Below, in pieces: positions 18,273 through 28,051 of a DNA stretch of 64,000 bases. The stretch is from Fibrobacterales bacterium (GTDB lineage Bacteria; Fibrobacterota; Fibrobacteria; Fibrobacterales; JAOPTW01), in NCBI GenBank assembly GCA_051532035.1, contig JAOPTW010000045.1:7624-71623 (forward strand), read 5' to 3'. Under the pieces are notes generated by a model. That model saw nothing but the letters and a program-made list of their open reading frames with translations, made no database searches and was not told where the DNA came from. Both the position numbers and the translations under genes were made by a program. Positions within the stretch are counted from its first letter, which is position 1, and each line of letters begins with the position of its first letter.

Positions 18273-19286
18273 ATGAAGCCAAAAGATACCAACTTAAAGA
18301 AGAAGCATATTGACTTTTTTGCCAAAATGGCGATTGAGGCTTTTGAGGGTATGTTTGGAGTGAACTTTCGAAAGAAGGGCGCTGTAGAGCAAAAAGAGAC
18401 CATAGAGATTCAGTTCCCCATGATCTGTACTGTTGACTCTGTGGGGAGTATGGTACTCTCCTTTTTTATCTCATTCGAAGAACGTACGGCTCTTGGATTG
18501 CTTGGACTCTCTGGCGACTCTTTCGAAAGCATATCAATCAATGATAAAAAACGGGTTATCGGCATGATTACAGAAATGGGGAATGTCGTTATTGGTTCAA
18601 CGCAGGGGTCTCTTGAAAAAGAATATGGTACCCTCACTTTAGGGTTGCCGACTTACTGGCGTGTGCAATCACCAGAAGATTATTCTCTGCCTGCAATAAG
18701 TAACTATTCTCAGGCTCTCCACTCTAAAATAGGCGATGTCCAGATTACTCTTGCTTATGATTTCAGAGAGCTCCAAATTGCAACTCAAAATAGGCGATTG
18801 ACCGAAGAGGCAACGGTTGATGAATTAACCGGTCTTCTCAACGTCAGACAATATAATTATGACATAAAAATGTTTATTGAAAAGGGGAATGACGGTTTTG
18901 GCTTCTCGCTCTTAATCTTAGACGTCGATAATTTCAAACAACTCAATGATACTCATGGTCATAAATATGGCGATAAAATACTCACTATGGTGGGGAATAC
19001 CGTTCAGAACTCAATACGCTCTAATGATAAGTGTTATCGGTTTGGTGGCGATGAGTTTATCGTATTACTATCAGGTGCACAGCCTGAGCACGTCGCTATG
19101 ACTGCTCGACGAATTTGTAAAAATTACCAGCATCATATTAATAAAATGAATACCTCTTCACTCTCTATTGGTGGCTCCACCTTTGAAATGGAGATGACGG
19201 CTGAAGAGCTTTTTAAACGGGCGGATGATGCGATGTATGTTGCCAAAACAACTGAGGGCAATACCTTCGAGGCCTACGAAACTTAG
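18273..19286 (+). CDS. Diguanylate cyclase (GGDEF) with a CheC/CheX-like N-terminal domain
   Basis: DELTGLLNVRQY...LLILDVDNFKQLNDTHGHKYGDKIL...RFGGDEFIVLL. The N-terminal ITEMGNVVIGS is CheX-like. Confidence 0.85.
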   Translation: MKPKDTNLKKKHIDFFAKMAIEAFEGMFGVNFRKKGAVEQKETIEIQFPMICTVDSVGSMVLSFFISFEERTALGLLGLSGDSFESISINDKKRVIGMITEMGNVVIGSTQGSLEKEYGTLTLGLPTYWRVQSPEDYSLPAISNYSQALHSKIGDVQITLAYDFRELQIATQNRRLTEEATVDELTGLLNVRQYNYDIKMFIEKGNDGFGFSLLILDVDNFKQLNDTHGHKYGDKILTMVGNTVQNSIRSNDKCYRFGGDEFIVLLSGAQPEHVAMTARRICKNYQHHINKMNTSSLSIGGSTFEMEMTAEELFKRADDAMYVAKTTEGNTFEAYET

Positions 19287-19415
19287 CTTCAACCCTAATG
19301 TTGTTATTTTGTAACCTTGTTATATCACTAAAATTGATATAAGTTACCCCCTTTTTATCCCCCTCCTCGCATTATATGAGCTATTTTCTACATTTGACCT
19401 AACGAAGGATGTGGC

Positions 19416-20825
19416 GTGACAATTAAACAATTACAGCAAAAGTATTCACAAGTTTTTGTAGCGGGGCTCAAGGGCGACAATGCTGCTGAGGCATTTTGCG
19501 ATCGCCGAAAAAGGCAATTAAAGGAACTCAAGGGAATCTCGTTTTTCTTTAGCGCTTCACATGAACCACATCACGATACGGTTCATTTAATGAATGGCAC
19601 TCGCCTTTTTCAAGAACCTTCAATGCTGTATCTGACCGGTATAAACCAACCCGGTGTGGTGCTGATGCTTGACCCACACGGTCGATCGGAGAGTGAGATA
19701 CTCTTTGTAGCCCCAAAAGACCCAACGAAAGAGTTTTGGGATGGTGTGAGAATCGGTATCATTGAAAAGGTGTCGCCTAAAAAGGCAATTCAAGATATTG
19801 TTGATTTGGTTGGCGTCACAAAAGTAAAGCCCCTGTCGGAGCTGGATAGTTGGGTTAAAGAAAAAGCACTTACAACAGATGTTTTTTATGCATTTCACCA
19901 TACTTATCACAATAAAAAGCGTATTACACGAAGAGATGATCAAAATAGTGATCAAGTGAAGACCTTAAAAAAAGCCATAAGAAGTGTTAATAAGAGTGCA
20001 GTGATTGAGCCATGTGCTGCAGAGCATTTTGCAGTGCGTAATGTACATGATCAGTGGCAAGTCAAAGAGACAAAGCGAGCACAAAAACTGACTCGAGATG
20101 CGTATCTCGCTTTTTTACCTCAGTTACCCTTCCTTAAAAGTGAACATGAAGTTCGTTTGAGTCTCGAAGGATTATTGCAAGAAAAGTCTATTTATGGCCT
20201 ATCGTTTCCAACAATTGTTGCAAGTGGACAAAATGCCTGTGTACTCCATTACCAAAAATGTGACGCGCCTCTCGACAAAAAAGGGCTCTTGTTGCTGGAT
20301 TTCGGTGTTCGGTTTGGTACTCTCCATTCTGATATTTCACGAACCATTCCGGCAAATGGAAAATTTAATCCTCTACAAAAGTTACTCTATGAGATAGTTC
20401 TTGAGGCTCAATTGGTAAATGAAGCACTTATCAAGCCCGGTGCAATTATTCAAGACAATGACTGGAAAGTGTGGAGTTTCATAGAAAAAGAGCTCAATAG
20501 TCGGTTTTATGCCAAGGGTGGCATCGCCAAAAGAGAGTATACAACGAAACCGCATGGAGTGAGCCATCTGATTGGTGAACAGTGTCACGAAGGTGATCCT
20601 TTTCGACTCTATCAGGTTGAGCCACTACGAGAAGGAATGTTGCTCTCAAATGAGCCGGGTTTGTATGGCTATTTTGAGATGAAAATTGACGGACGCCTTT
20701 ATAAAGAGTATATTGGCATACGAATTGAAGATGACATCTATGTAACAAAAAATGGGTGTGATAATTTATCAAAATCTATCCCAAAAACGGTAGATGAGAT
20801 TGAATCACTAATGAAAAAGGTGTGA
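19416..20825 (+). CDS. pepP: Xaa-Pro aminopeptidase (M24B)
   Basis: GTG start. SFPTIVASGQNACVLHY, LLLLDFGVRFGTLHSDISRT, HGVSHLIG, SNEPGLY and GIRIEDDIYVT are metal-ligand motifs of M24B. Confidence 0.85.
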   Translation: MTIKQLQQKYSQVFVAGLKGDNAAEAFCDRRKRQLKELKGISFFFSASHEPHHDTVHLMNGTRLFQEPSMLYLTGINQPGVVLMLDPHGRSESEILFVAPKDPTKEFWDGVRIGIIEKVSPKKAIQDIVDLVGVTKVKPLSELDSWVKEKALTTDVFYAFHHTYHNKKRITRRDDQNSDQVKTLKKAIRSVNKSAVIEPCAAEHFAVRNVHDQWQVKETKRAQKLTRDAYLAFLPQLPFLKSEHEVRLSLEGLLQEKSIYGLSFPTIVASGQNACVLHYQKCDAPLDKKGLLLLDFGVRFGTLHSDISRTIPANGKFNPLQKLLYEIVLEAQLVNEALIKPGAIIQDNDWKVWSFIEKELNSRFYAKGGIAKREYTTKPHGVSHLIGEQCHEGDPFRLYQVEPLREGMLLSNEPGLYGYFEMKIDGRLYKEYIGIRIEDDIYVTKNGCDNLSKSIPKTVDEIESLMKKV

Positions 20826-20829
20826 AATA

Positions 20830-21297
20830 ATGAGTGATAAAGACGAAATAGACGAAATAGAGGAAATTGACGGAATAGACGAACTGGATGCTGTTGCTGA
20901 AAGTGAAGAAGTCGAAGAAGTTGTTGCAGCCGAACCTGCTGAACGCGACTATAGTCAACGGAAATTACTTGCAATCGAACCTGATGCTCAAAAAATTGCA
21001 AAACTCGAAACAGTTCTTGGAGAAATACTTCCTGGCGCAGCAGTCACACTCGTTGATGATTGTGAAGAAGCGATGGAAATCTCTGATGATAATAATTTCG
21101 ATACTGTAGTTATTGACCTTCAATATGAAGAGTTTAGCTCTCATGAATTTGTGAAAATGGTCAATAATGATGCTGATATTCTTTTAGTTTCATTTAAAGT
21201 TGATAATGTCGATATGGTGGACTTCCAAAATAGATTTAAATTGGAGCCGCTCCGTAAGATTTTCGACAATGCAAAAAACGCTAAAATAAAGATTTAA
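20830..21297 (+). CDS. Acidic protein with a degenerate receiver-like domain
   Basis: Acidic N-terminal repeats (EIDEIEEIDGIDELD). KLLAIEPD...AMEISDDNNFDTVVIDLQYEEF resembles a REC fold with an atypical acidic pocket. There is a 4-nt gap to pepP and a 4-nt gap to trpB. Confidence 0.6.
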   Translation: MSDKDEIDEIEEIDGIDELDAVAESEEVEEVVAAEPAERDYSQRKLLAIEPDAQKIAKLETVLGEILPGAAVTLVDDCEEAMEISDDNNFDTVVIDLQYEEFSSHEFVKMVNNDADILLVSFKVDNVDMVDFQNRFKLEPLRKIFDNAKNAKIKI

Positions 21298-21301
21298 TGC
21301 T

Positions 21302-22543
21302 ATGAACCTGTTTGAGTTTGAAAAAGAAGGGTATTACGGTGAATTTGGAGGGACTTTCCTTCCAGAAATATTGAAAACTACCGTAGATGAATTGAATATA
21401 GCCTATCATAATGCTATTGATGACCCTTCTTTTTGGCCTGAGTATGTGAGCTTAATGGAAGAGTATTGTGGAAGACCAACTCCTATTACTCACCTTAAAA
21501 ACCTCTCTGAGAAACTCGGTGGCGCTCAAATTTATGTGAAGCGCGAAGATCTTAACCATACTGGTGCCCATAAAGCGAATAATGTAATGGGCCAAGGGCT
21601 TCTTGTGAAGCGCATGGGCAAAACTCGTGTTATTGCAGAAACAGGCGCAGGACAGCACGGTGTTGCAACAGCGACTATGGCTGCAAAATTTGGTTTTGAT
21701 TGTACCATTTATATGGGGGCGGTTGATGTCGCAAGGCAACGGCCTAATGTGTTCTGGATGGAACAGATGGGTGCCGAAGTTATTGCGGTAGAGTCGGGCC
21801 AGAAAACATTAAAAGATGCTATTAATGAATCTCTCAGAGATTGGGTATCGTCAATGGATAATACACACTACGTTCTTGGAACGGCGTGTGGATTTCATCC
21901 ATTTCCTGAAATGGTATCTTACTTTCAATCAATTATTGGTGCAGAAGCGTATAATCAGATACAGAAATGCGCAGGCAAAATGCCTGATAAAGTATTTGCT
22001 TGTGTCGGTGGTGGTTCTAATGCAATGGGCATCTTTCAGGGCTTTCTCAATGATGAAAATGTAGAACTTATTGCCGTTGAAGCTGGTGGCGAGGGGATGA
22101 CCCCGGGTAACCATGCTGCACGTTTAGCAAAAGGTTCAAATGCTACTATTGGTGTTGCTGGTTATAAAACTATGTTTCTCCAAGATGATGATGGGCAGAT
22201 GCAGCACACTAAATCCTGTGCTGCTGGTCTTGACTATGTTGGCGTTTCTCCAATACTCGCACATCTTCATAAAGAGGGGCGTGTACGGTTTGAGGCTGCA
22301 CTCGATACCGAAGTGATTGAAGCACTTAAAACAGTTATGAGAAATGAAGGAATTATTCCTGCTCTTGAGAGTTCTCATGCATTTGCGCAAGCTCTTAAAG
22401 AGGCACCAACAATGGATAAAGATCAGGTGATATTGATCAATCAATCGGGTCGCGGTGATAAAGATATCTTTACTGTTGCCGATGCAATTCACGATCCCAA
22501 GTGGGATGAGTTTCTCAGATTCAAAGTCTCTAACCTTAAGTAA
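21302..22543 (+). CDS. trpB: Tryptophan synthase beta chain
   Basis: GEFGGTFLPE, REDLNHTGAHKANN (PLP Lys), ETGAGQHGVATA and GGGSNAMG. Confidence 0.95.
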   Translation: MNLFEFEKEGYYGEFGGTFLPEILKTTVDELNIAYHNAIDDPSFWPEYVSLMEEYCGRPTPITHLKNLSEKLGGAQIYVKREDLNHTGAHKANNVMGQGLLVKRMGKTRVIAETGAGQHGVATATMAAKFGFDCTIYMGAVDVARQRPNVFWMEQMGAEVIAVESGQKTLKDAINESLRDWVSSMDNTHYVLGTACGFHPFPEMVSYFQSIIGAEAYNQIQKCAGKMPDKVFACVGGGSNAMGIFQGFLNDENVELIAVEAGGEGMTPGNHAARLAKGSNATIGVAGYKTMFLQDDDGQMQHTKSCAAGLDYVGVSPILAHLHKEGRVRFEAALDTEVIEALKTVMRNEGIIPALESSHAFAQALKEAPTMDKDQVILINQSGRGDKDIFTVADAIHDPKWDEFLRFKVSNLK

Positions 22544-22546
22544 TAT

Positions 22547-23323
22547 ATGAGTTTATCTAAAGTAATTCAAGAAGCAGCGGCCGATAAAGGTATCGCTCTC
22601 ATGACCCACATAATTTGTGGGTATCCATCATTTGACGACAATCGAATCATACTTGATGAGATGGAAAAAGCAGGTGTTGAAGTTGTAGAGATGCAGTTTC
22701 CTTTTTCTGAACCTATCGCTGATGGGCCGGTTTTTGCCCAAGCAAATCAGGTTTCTATAGAGAATGGCACAACCATTGATCAATGCTTTGCCTTTGTAAA
22801 AGAGTGTAGCAAAAAGTACTCATTTCAAATTTTAATGATGGGCTATTATAACACGGTCTTCAAACGTGGTGAAGAAAAATTCTGTAAAGATCTTGTTGCT
22901 GCTGGTGGTGTTGGAATGATCGTTCCTGATGTTCCATTAGAAGAAGCTGCTGATCTTCGTAAGTATGCGAAAGAGTCAAATCTTTCGTTGGTTCAACTTG
23001 TAGCACCAACAAATACTGAGGAGCGTATTGCTGATATTTGTACTCTCGCAAATGAACTCAACAGTATCGTCTATGCTGTCGCCCGTAAAGGAGTAACTGG
23101 TAAAAAGACTGAACTTGATACGGGGCTCGAAGGCTATTTATCTACCATTAAGGGTACGCTCAAAGAGCCCCTTGCCGTTGGTTTTGGTGTTAAGTCTAAG
23201 TCTGACATTGATTATTTGAGAGGTAAAGCTGAGTGTGCTGTTATTGGCACTGCTATGCTTTCTGCGTATCAGGCTGATGGTGCTGAAGGAGTTGCAAAAC
23301 TTCTTGGGGAATTGCGCTCTTAA
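22547..23323 (+). CDS. trpA: Tryptophan synthase alpha chain
   Basis: VEMQFPFSEPIADGPV, GVTG and GFGV motifs. It lies immediately after trpB. Confidence 0.9.
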   Translation: MSLSKVIQEAAADKGIALMTHIICGYPSFDDNRIILDEMEKAGVEVVEMQFPFSEPIADGPVFAQANQVSIENGTTIDQCFAFVKECSKKYSFQILMMGYYNTVFKRGEEKFCKDLVAAGGVGMIVPDVPLEEAADLRKYAKESNLSLVQLVAPTNTEERIADICTLANELNSIVYAVARKGVTGKKTELDTGLEGYLSTIKGTLKEPLAVGFGVKSKSDIDYLRGKAECAVIGTAMLSAYQADGAEGVAKLLGELRS

Positions 23324-23451
23324 CTTTTTAAATTCCCATAGCTCTTCATTTGAATGCGCTATTACAGTTATCAATGGGTGGAATGTTTCACTATTCCACC
23401 TATATAGTATGCTTTGTCACATTCCATTCCAATCCTGTGATGTACCGAGCC

Positions 23452-24216
23452 TTACTCTTCCCAGCCCAAGGAATACGTAATTCCCATATTTACGCCAAGC
23501 TGAGTATATGATGAATCATCCATTTCAGCGCCTAAGTTTATACCAAAATTAATATTCCATTGGTCAGCCTGCCCAAGCATTAATGAACAATCAATTAATG
23601 CAGAGATAAACTGAAGGTTAGGCTCTAAATCCATATATCCGTCTCCTGCATCGCCTTCAAGATAAATAGTTTTATCCGAATAGGAAACATATGAATATCC
23701 AATACCAGGCTCAATTGCAAATCGCCAAAATGGTCCTATAATAAGATTTGTTTTAATTTCTGTTGTATAGGTCATTCCTTCAGAGCCATTTGAAGTATAA
23801 AAATCGATATAGGTATTATTTCTTGCAGTATACGATTTATCTATAACTAAGCTCACCATGGTTGGGCTAATAGCCATTTGTATACTACTTTTAAAACCAA
23901 ATTTCTTAGCTATATGTGTTCTATAGCCAATTAAAAGTCCAACTGAGGCACTTGAAATTTCAAGAGTTGCGGTCTCATCACTATAATCATTTTCTAGTTT
24001 GGATAACACCGTATTTATAGAAAAAAACTGACCAATAAATACATTATTACGCCTGCGCCCTTCATCTCTTTTTATCAATTTTTGTGTATTTACTTTTCTT
24101 CTGTATTCACGTACTTCTTCTCTCGAGGCTCCTGTGGGTGGAGGCTCTATTACTTCTGCACTTATGTGGGTCATACATAAAAACATTATAATTATAGTAT
24201 TCCATAAATATTTCAT
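23452..24216 (-). CDS. Putative outer-membrane beta-barrel protein
   Basis: Signal peptide. Alternating hydrophobic beta-strand pattern with Gly/Tyr-rich strands. Confidence 0.6.
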   Translation of the reverse strand: MKYLWNTIIIMFLCMTHISAEVIEPPPTGASREEVREYRRKVNTQKLIKRDEGRRRNNVFIGQFFSINTVLSKLENDYSDETATLEISSASVGLLIGYRTHIAKKFGFKSSIQMAISPTMVSLVIDKSYTARNNTYIDFYTSNGSEGMTYTTEIKTNLIIGPFWRFAIEPGIGYSYVSYSDKTIYLEGDAGDGYMDLEPNLQFISALIDCSLMLGQADQWNINFGINLGAEMDDSSYTQLGVNMGITYSLGWEE

Positions 24217-24453
24217 ATTGCTCTTTTTAATCCTTATTCAAAAATAGTGTTCATAGTCTTTTTAGTAATACGACAATTCTATTCGATCATCATATTCATT
24301 GTAAAAAATGTGTTAATTAAGTATGGTGCACTTCTAGACTGTACCAATAGAACAAACATAACAACAACCAGTAGGCCCTCAACCCTTCAGAAGAAAAAAG
24401 CAACTCAACCACTTACTCTTAGAAAGTAGAGTAAAATACAAGACTCTGCACAG

Positions 24454-24556
24454 GGTATCAATCCTGTACACTCTTTAGCATTGGTGATTGCTTTACTACT
24501 TAACTTACAGGGTACTAAAGACTCTCATTGGTACTGGTACAGAATTAAAATCTCTT
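24454..24556 (+). repeat. Decayed duplicate of an internal segment of the downstream LruC gene (compare 25485-25590)
   Basis: GGTATCAATCCTGTACACTCTTTAGCATTGGTGATTG...CTCATTGGTACTGGTACAGAATTAAAATC versus GGTATCAATCGTGTAACACTCTTTAGCTTGGTTGATGG...CTCGTTGGTACTGTTACAGAATTTAAATC. The flanks are about 90% identical, the middle is diverged, and indels break the frame. Confidence 0.7.
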
Positions 24557-24698
24557 TATTTTTTTGAGTAATTTTATATATCGTATGCGCTGGAGGGTGT
24601 AATGGGTGCTAAAGTTTACAGAGTTGCGTGTTGCTATCTATTACATATAAGCTATCTTTGTTCTCAAATTGACCAGACATCAATGAAAGAGAGAGCCA

Positions 24699-26693
24699 AT
24701 GAATACTTTTATTAAAAGAGTAACTGTACCATTTTCAATAGCAATTCTTGCCATTTTTAATGCTTGTGATACCAGTACCCCAATAGCTGCAACTGAAAAT
24801 AATACAGAAGAATCGCCATTAACCTTTTCAGATATCAAAGCACCGAATGGTTTTGCTTTTTCTGTGTATAACGAAAAGGGCCTTACAATACGACTCAGTG
24901 TTGATAGCGAAGAAGGTATACTCCCTTATGAAGGTGCAACTATTAGAGTTGTCGAGGGGGGCACGAATGATTTACTCGCGTCATTTATTACTGATGAAAA
25001 TGGTGAAGTATTGTATGATGGTGGGAATCTATCATCAGGAGTAGCACAAGTGGGTATCTCGGTATACGCGGCAGGTATTCCAGAAGACACGTTATGGTAT
25101 AGCAAAGAGCAATTGGCTTCGCTTGATAGAATTGTGATTGTTAACCCAACATCTTATGATACAAATGAAGAACAAGGTACTATTGCTGCAAAGACCTCTA
25201 CTATTTCACGAATTGAAGAAGCTGATGGGATTGTATATGGTAAAGAGAAACATCCACGAAAAGATTTTCGATTAGTTTCTGGAGCACTTTTTTCTGAGCG
25301 CTCAAAATTAGATCCAATACCTACTGCATGGCAGGGGACTAAAGAGATTCGTATTAATGCTCTTACCAATCCCGATGATAAAGATAAAATCTGGGCACAT
25401 TTTATGCATACTGGTGCTGGCTATCAAAATGCTTTTGGCTACTATTGGTATAAAAAATCTGAGAACCCGACAGGGGCACTCAGTGGTATCAATCGTGTAA
25501 CACTCTTTAGCTTGGTTGATGGTTTTTACAGCATTCGTAAAAGAGCACCAAAGGCTCTCGTTGGTACTGTTACAGAATTTAAATCACGACTTACCGATGC
25601 AAATGATGAAATAGTAATTGGGTTTTGGTTACATGCGGATTATGAACAAGGAAACAAACCAAACAATCCAATCTGGTATTCTAATACAGCCTATAATGTT
25701 GAGCTGCATGGTGCAGCAGAAGAGTTTCATCATGTAAGTTTTCCATCGCGTTCAGATAAAACAGAATTTGTTTTTGCTATCGAAGACCTTCGTGCCTCAA
25801 AATCAGATGAAGACTACAATGATTTAATACTGATCATCGATGATGTTGCTCCTTCGGAACCATGCGATATTCAAAACGACCCAAGCTGTATTACTTGTAG
25901 TGATTTACCGTACAATAAAAAATCGCGATTTGCATTTGAAGATCAATACCCTCATTATGGCGATTTCGACTATAACGATGTCGTAGTTGATGTTGATTAT
26001 TCTCTTATCTCACGTAAATGTAATGTGATGGGTGTCGCTATAAAAGACAATACATACGGGGCTGAATATGCACCGCAACTTATCAGTGGATCAGTAGCGG
26101 TAACACCCGTTGCTAATGGTGCGTTATATTCTCTTGGGTTTGCAGTGTCACTGGGGAACTCTTTTCCTGGAGCTACTGTAGTAGTTGATAACAGTGCATC
26201 GGATGTTGTAGAAGTAGCAGATGAAGTGATCATAGAGTTCTTTGATTTTATGAGAGCTCAGTTTGACCGTACTCCATCGACAATTTTAGTAAACACAGAC
26301 CCTGCAGAAGGGAGCAGTGTTGCTCCCGCATATACCGCTGCAACGTTTACTGCTGGTATTAGCTTTGCTCAAGGAACTGCGATTCCTGAGAATATGACTT
26401 CTGTATTTACACCATTTATATACTTTGCTGATGATGTTACCAAAGAAATACATTTAAAAAATGGGACTCTTACAGCACGTGGTGTTGCACAAAACCTTGT
26501 TGGCACTCCTGCTGAAGGTCATGCATACGAAGATGACAATGGCATTCCATGGGCAATTGAACTTAATCAAAACACTCTGTATCCTGTAGAATTTCAAGGT
26601 TTTGTTAATGCGTATCCCTTTTATGCTTCATGGGTACAAACAGGTGCACCACAAGAGTGGGCAACGATGGGTAATACATCAGTTCTGTATTAA
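24699..26693 (+). CDS. LruC-domain (DUF4842) lipoprotein
   Basis: Lipobox AIFNAC. The EDYNDLILIIDD and GDFDYNDVVVDVDY motifs are characteristic of LruC domains. Confidence 0.8.
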   Translation: MNTFIKRVTVPFSIAILAIFNACDTSTPIAATENNTEESPLTFSDIKAPNGFAFSVYNEKGLTIRLSVDSEEGILPYEGATIRVVEGGTNDLLASFITDENGEVLYDGGNLSSGVAQVGISVYAAGIPEDTLWYSKEQLASLDRIVIVNPTSYDTNEEQGTIAAKTSTISRIEEADGIVYGKEKHPRKDFRLVSGALFSERSKLDPIPTAWQGTKEIRINALTNPDDKDKIWAHFMHTGAGYQNAFGYYWYKKSENPTGALSGINRVTLFSLVDGFYSIRKRAPKALVGTVTEFKSRLTDANDEIVIGFWLHADYEQGNKPNNPIWYSNTAYNVELHGAAEEFHHVSFPSRSDKTEFVFAIEDLRASKSDEDYNDLILIIDDVAPSEPCDIQNDPSCITCSDLPYNKKSRFAFEDQYPHYGDFDYNDVVVDVDYSLISRKCNVMGVAIKDNTYGAEYAPQLISGSVAVTPVANGALYSLGFAVSLGNSFPGATVVVDNSASDVVEVADEVIIEFFDFMRAQFDRTPSTILVNTDPAEGSSVAPAYTAATFTAGISFAQGTAIPENMTSVFTPFIYFADDVTKEIHLKNGTLTARGVAQNLVGTPAEGHAYEDDNGIPWAIELNQNTLYPVEFQGFVNAYPFYASWVQTGAPQEWATMGNTSVLY

Positions 26694-26726
26694 TATCTTA
26701 AAAGGTTTCGTTACATAGAAAGTGTT

Positions 26727-26758
26727 TGAGCAGATAGAGATATCTGCTCACTTTTTTT
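26727..26758 (+). terminator. Rho-independent terminator
   Basis: TGAGCAGATA-GAGA-TATCTGCTCA followed by CTTTTTTT. Confidence 0.8.
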
Positions 26759-26790
26759 ATTTTATGGCTAATACATAACAAGGACGTATA

Positions 26791-27996
26791 TTAAGCTTTA
26801 ATCAATCGAACCTTCGCCAAATATACTAAGCCAACAACACTCACTGCAACAAGAGTGTAGCTACAAACCTGAATCACACTAAAACCATTATCAAAAAACA
26901 GGCTAAAGATAACCGGGCTAATTGCTGTTGAAAATGCAGTGAGCATCGCAACTACACTCCGTATCGCTCCAATATTGGCACGGCCATACTCCTCTACCCA
27001 AAGGGTTGATTTGAGGTTACTGCCAAAGCCAAGGGCTATGCCCGACATTCCATAGTAGATTGCTGCAGATACTTGATGGTCTATAAAGATAAGTGCGCTC
27101 AGTGCAATAATTGTGGGGATGAGCTGAATGAGAAATGAGTTCTTTGCTCCAAAGCGGTCAATGATAAAGCCAATGATAAATCCCGATGTAATTCTGAGAA
27201 TAGGAAAGAGAGAGAAGGCCGCAAGTCGCCATCCATCACTCCACCCTTTGGCATCCATCAAGGTTTGTTGATGAATAAAAAAGCCAGTCAGTAAGAAGGG
27301 GGCGGCAAGTGTTACGGGAACAGCGCAATAGAAAAAAGAGTTTTTGAGCACATCTTTACGAGTCCAACTGCGCTCTTCGGTTGCATTGTTTTTTTGAAGA
27401 GAAAGAGGGAGGTTAAAGCTATCACTCTTCTTAAAGAGCATGAGCAGGGCAGGGGTAATGAGTATAAGTGCGTAGGCAAACCACGAGAGTGTATCACGCC
27501 AACCAATAGTAGCGATAAGGTAAACGCCAACAGCACTAAAGAAGAACTCCCCGAGAGGGTGACCAAGGGTGGAGATACTGAGCGCTTTACCCGTATCTTT
27601 TGTAAAAAAGCGAGAAGTTGCAGTCGCACCAATATGAGTCATGAGTGACTGCCCAAAAAGCCTGAGTCCCATAAGGCCAACAAAAAGGGTCACAATATGG
27701 TTTCCCTGTGAGAGGGTATAGGTCATCACTCCAAGGCCAACAAGAGAGAGCGCACTAAAGAGTTTTAGATTAATTCGATCAATATAAACACCAGCTTGTG
27801 CCATAGCAAATGCACTACATACTGTGGCCAAAAAGTAGTAGAAGGTCATTTCAGTTGAGCTTATATTAAAGGCAGTAATAAAGAAGGGAGTAAAAAGACC
27901 CAGAAAGAAAGATTGTCCATACCCTGATAAAAAGGCATGACTCATTGAAAAGGTAAACTGCTTGGGATACGAGGTAAAAAGACGGAATATGTTCAT
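26791..27996 (-). CDS. MFS transporter
   Basis: 401 aa with about 12 predicted TM helices and typical MFS loop motifs. Confidence 0.8.
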   Translation of the reverse strand: MNIFRLFTSYPKQFTFSMSHAFLSGYGQSFFLGLFTPFFITAFNISSTEMTFYYFLATVCSAFAMAQAGVYIDRINLKLFSALSLVGLGVMTYTLSQGNHIVTLFVGLMGLRLFGQSLMTHIGATATSRFFTKDTGKALSISTLGHPLGEFFFSAVGVYLIATIGWRDTLSWFAYALILITPALLMLFKKSDSFNLPLSLQKNNATEERSWTRKDVLKNSFFYCAVPVTLAAPFLLTGFFIHQQTLMDAKGWSDGWRLAAFSLFPILRITSGFIIGFIIDRFGAKNSFLIQLIPTIIALSALIFIDHQVSAAIYYGMSGIALGFGSNLKSTLWVEEYGRANIGAIRSVVAMLTAFSTAISPVIFSLFFDNGFSVIQVCSYTLVAVSVVGLVYLAKVRLIKA

Positions 27997-28051
27997 GGGG
28001 GCAAATGTAGAAAATTACCCGACCATACCTCTTAAAATTGGTTAAGCAATA

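Noticed and set aside
24247-24429. Track ORF 24247..24429 in the LruC upstream region
   Set aside because: It has no RBS and an odd composition. It sits in a region better explained as promoter DNA plus decayed gene remnant.
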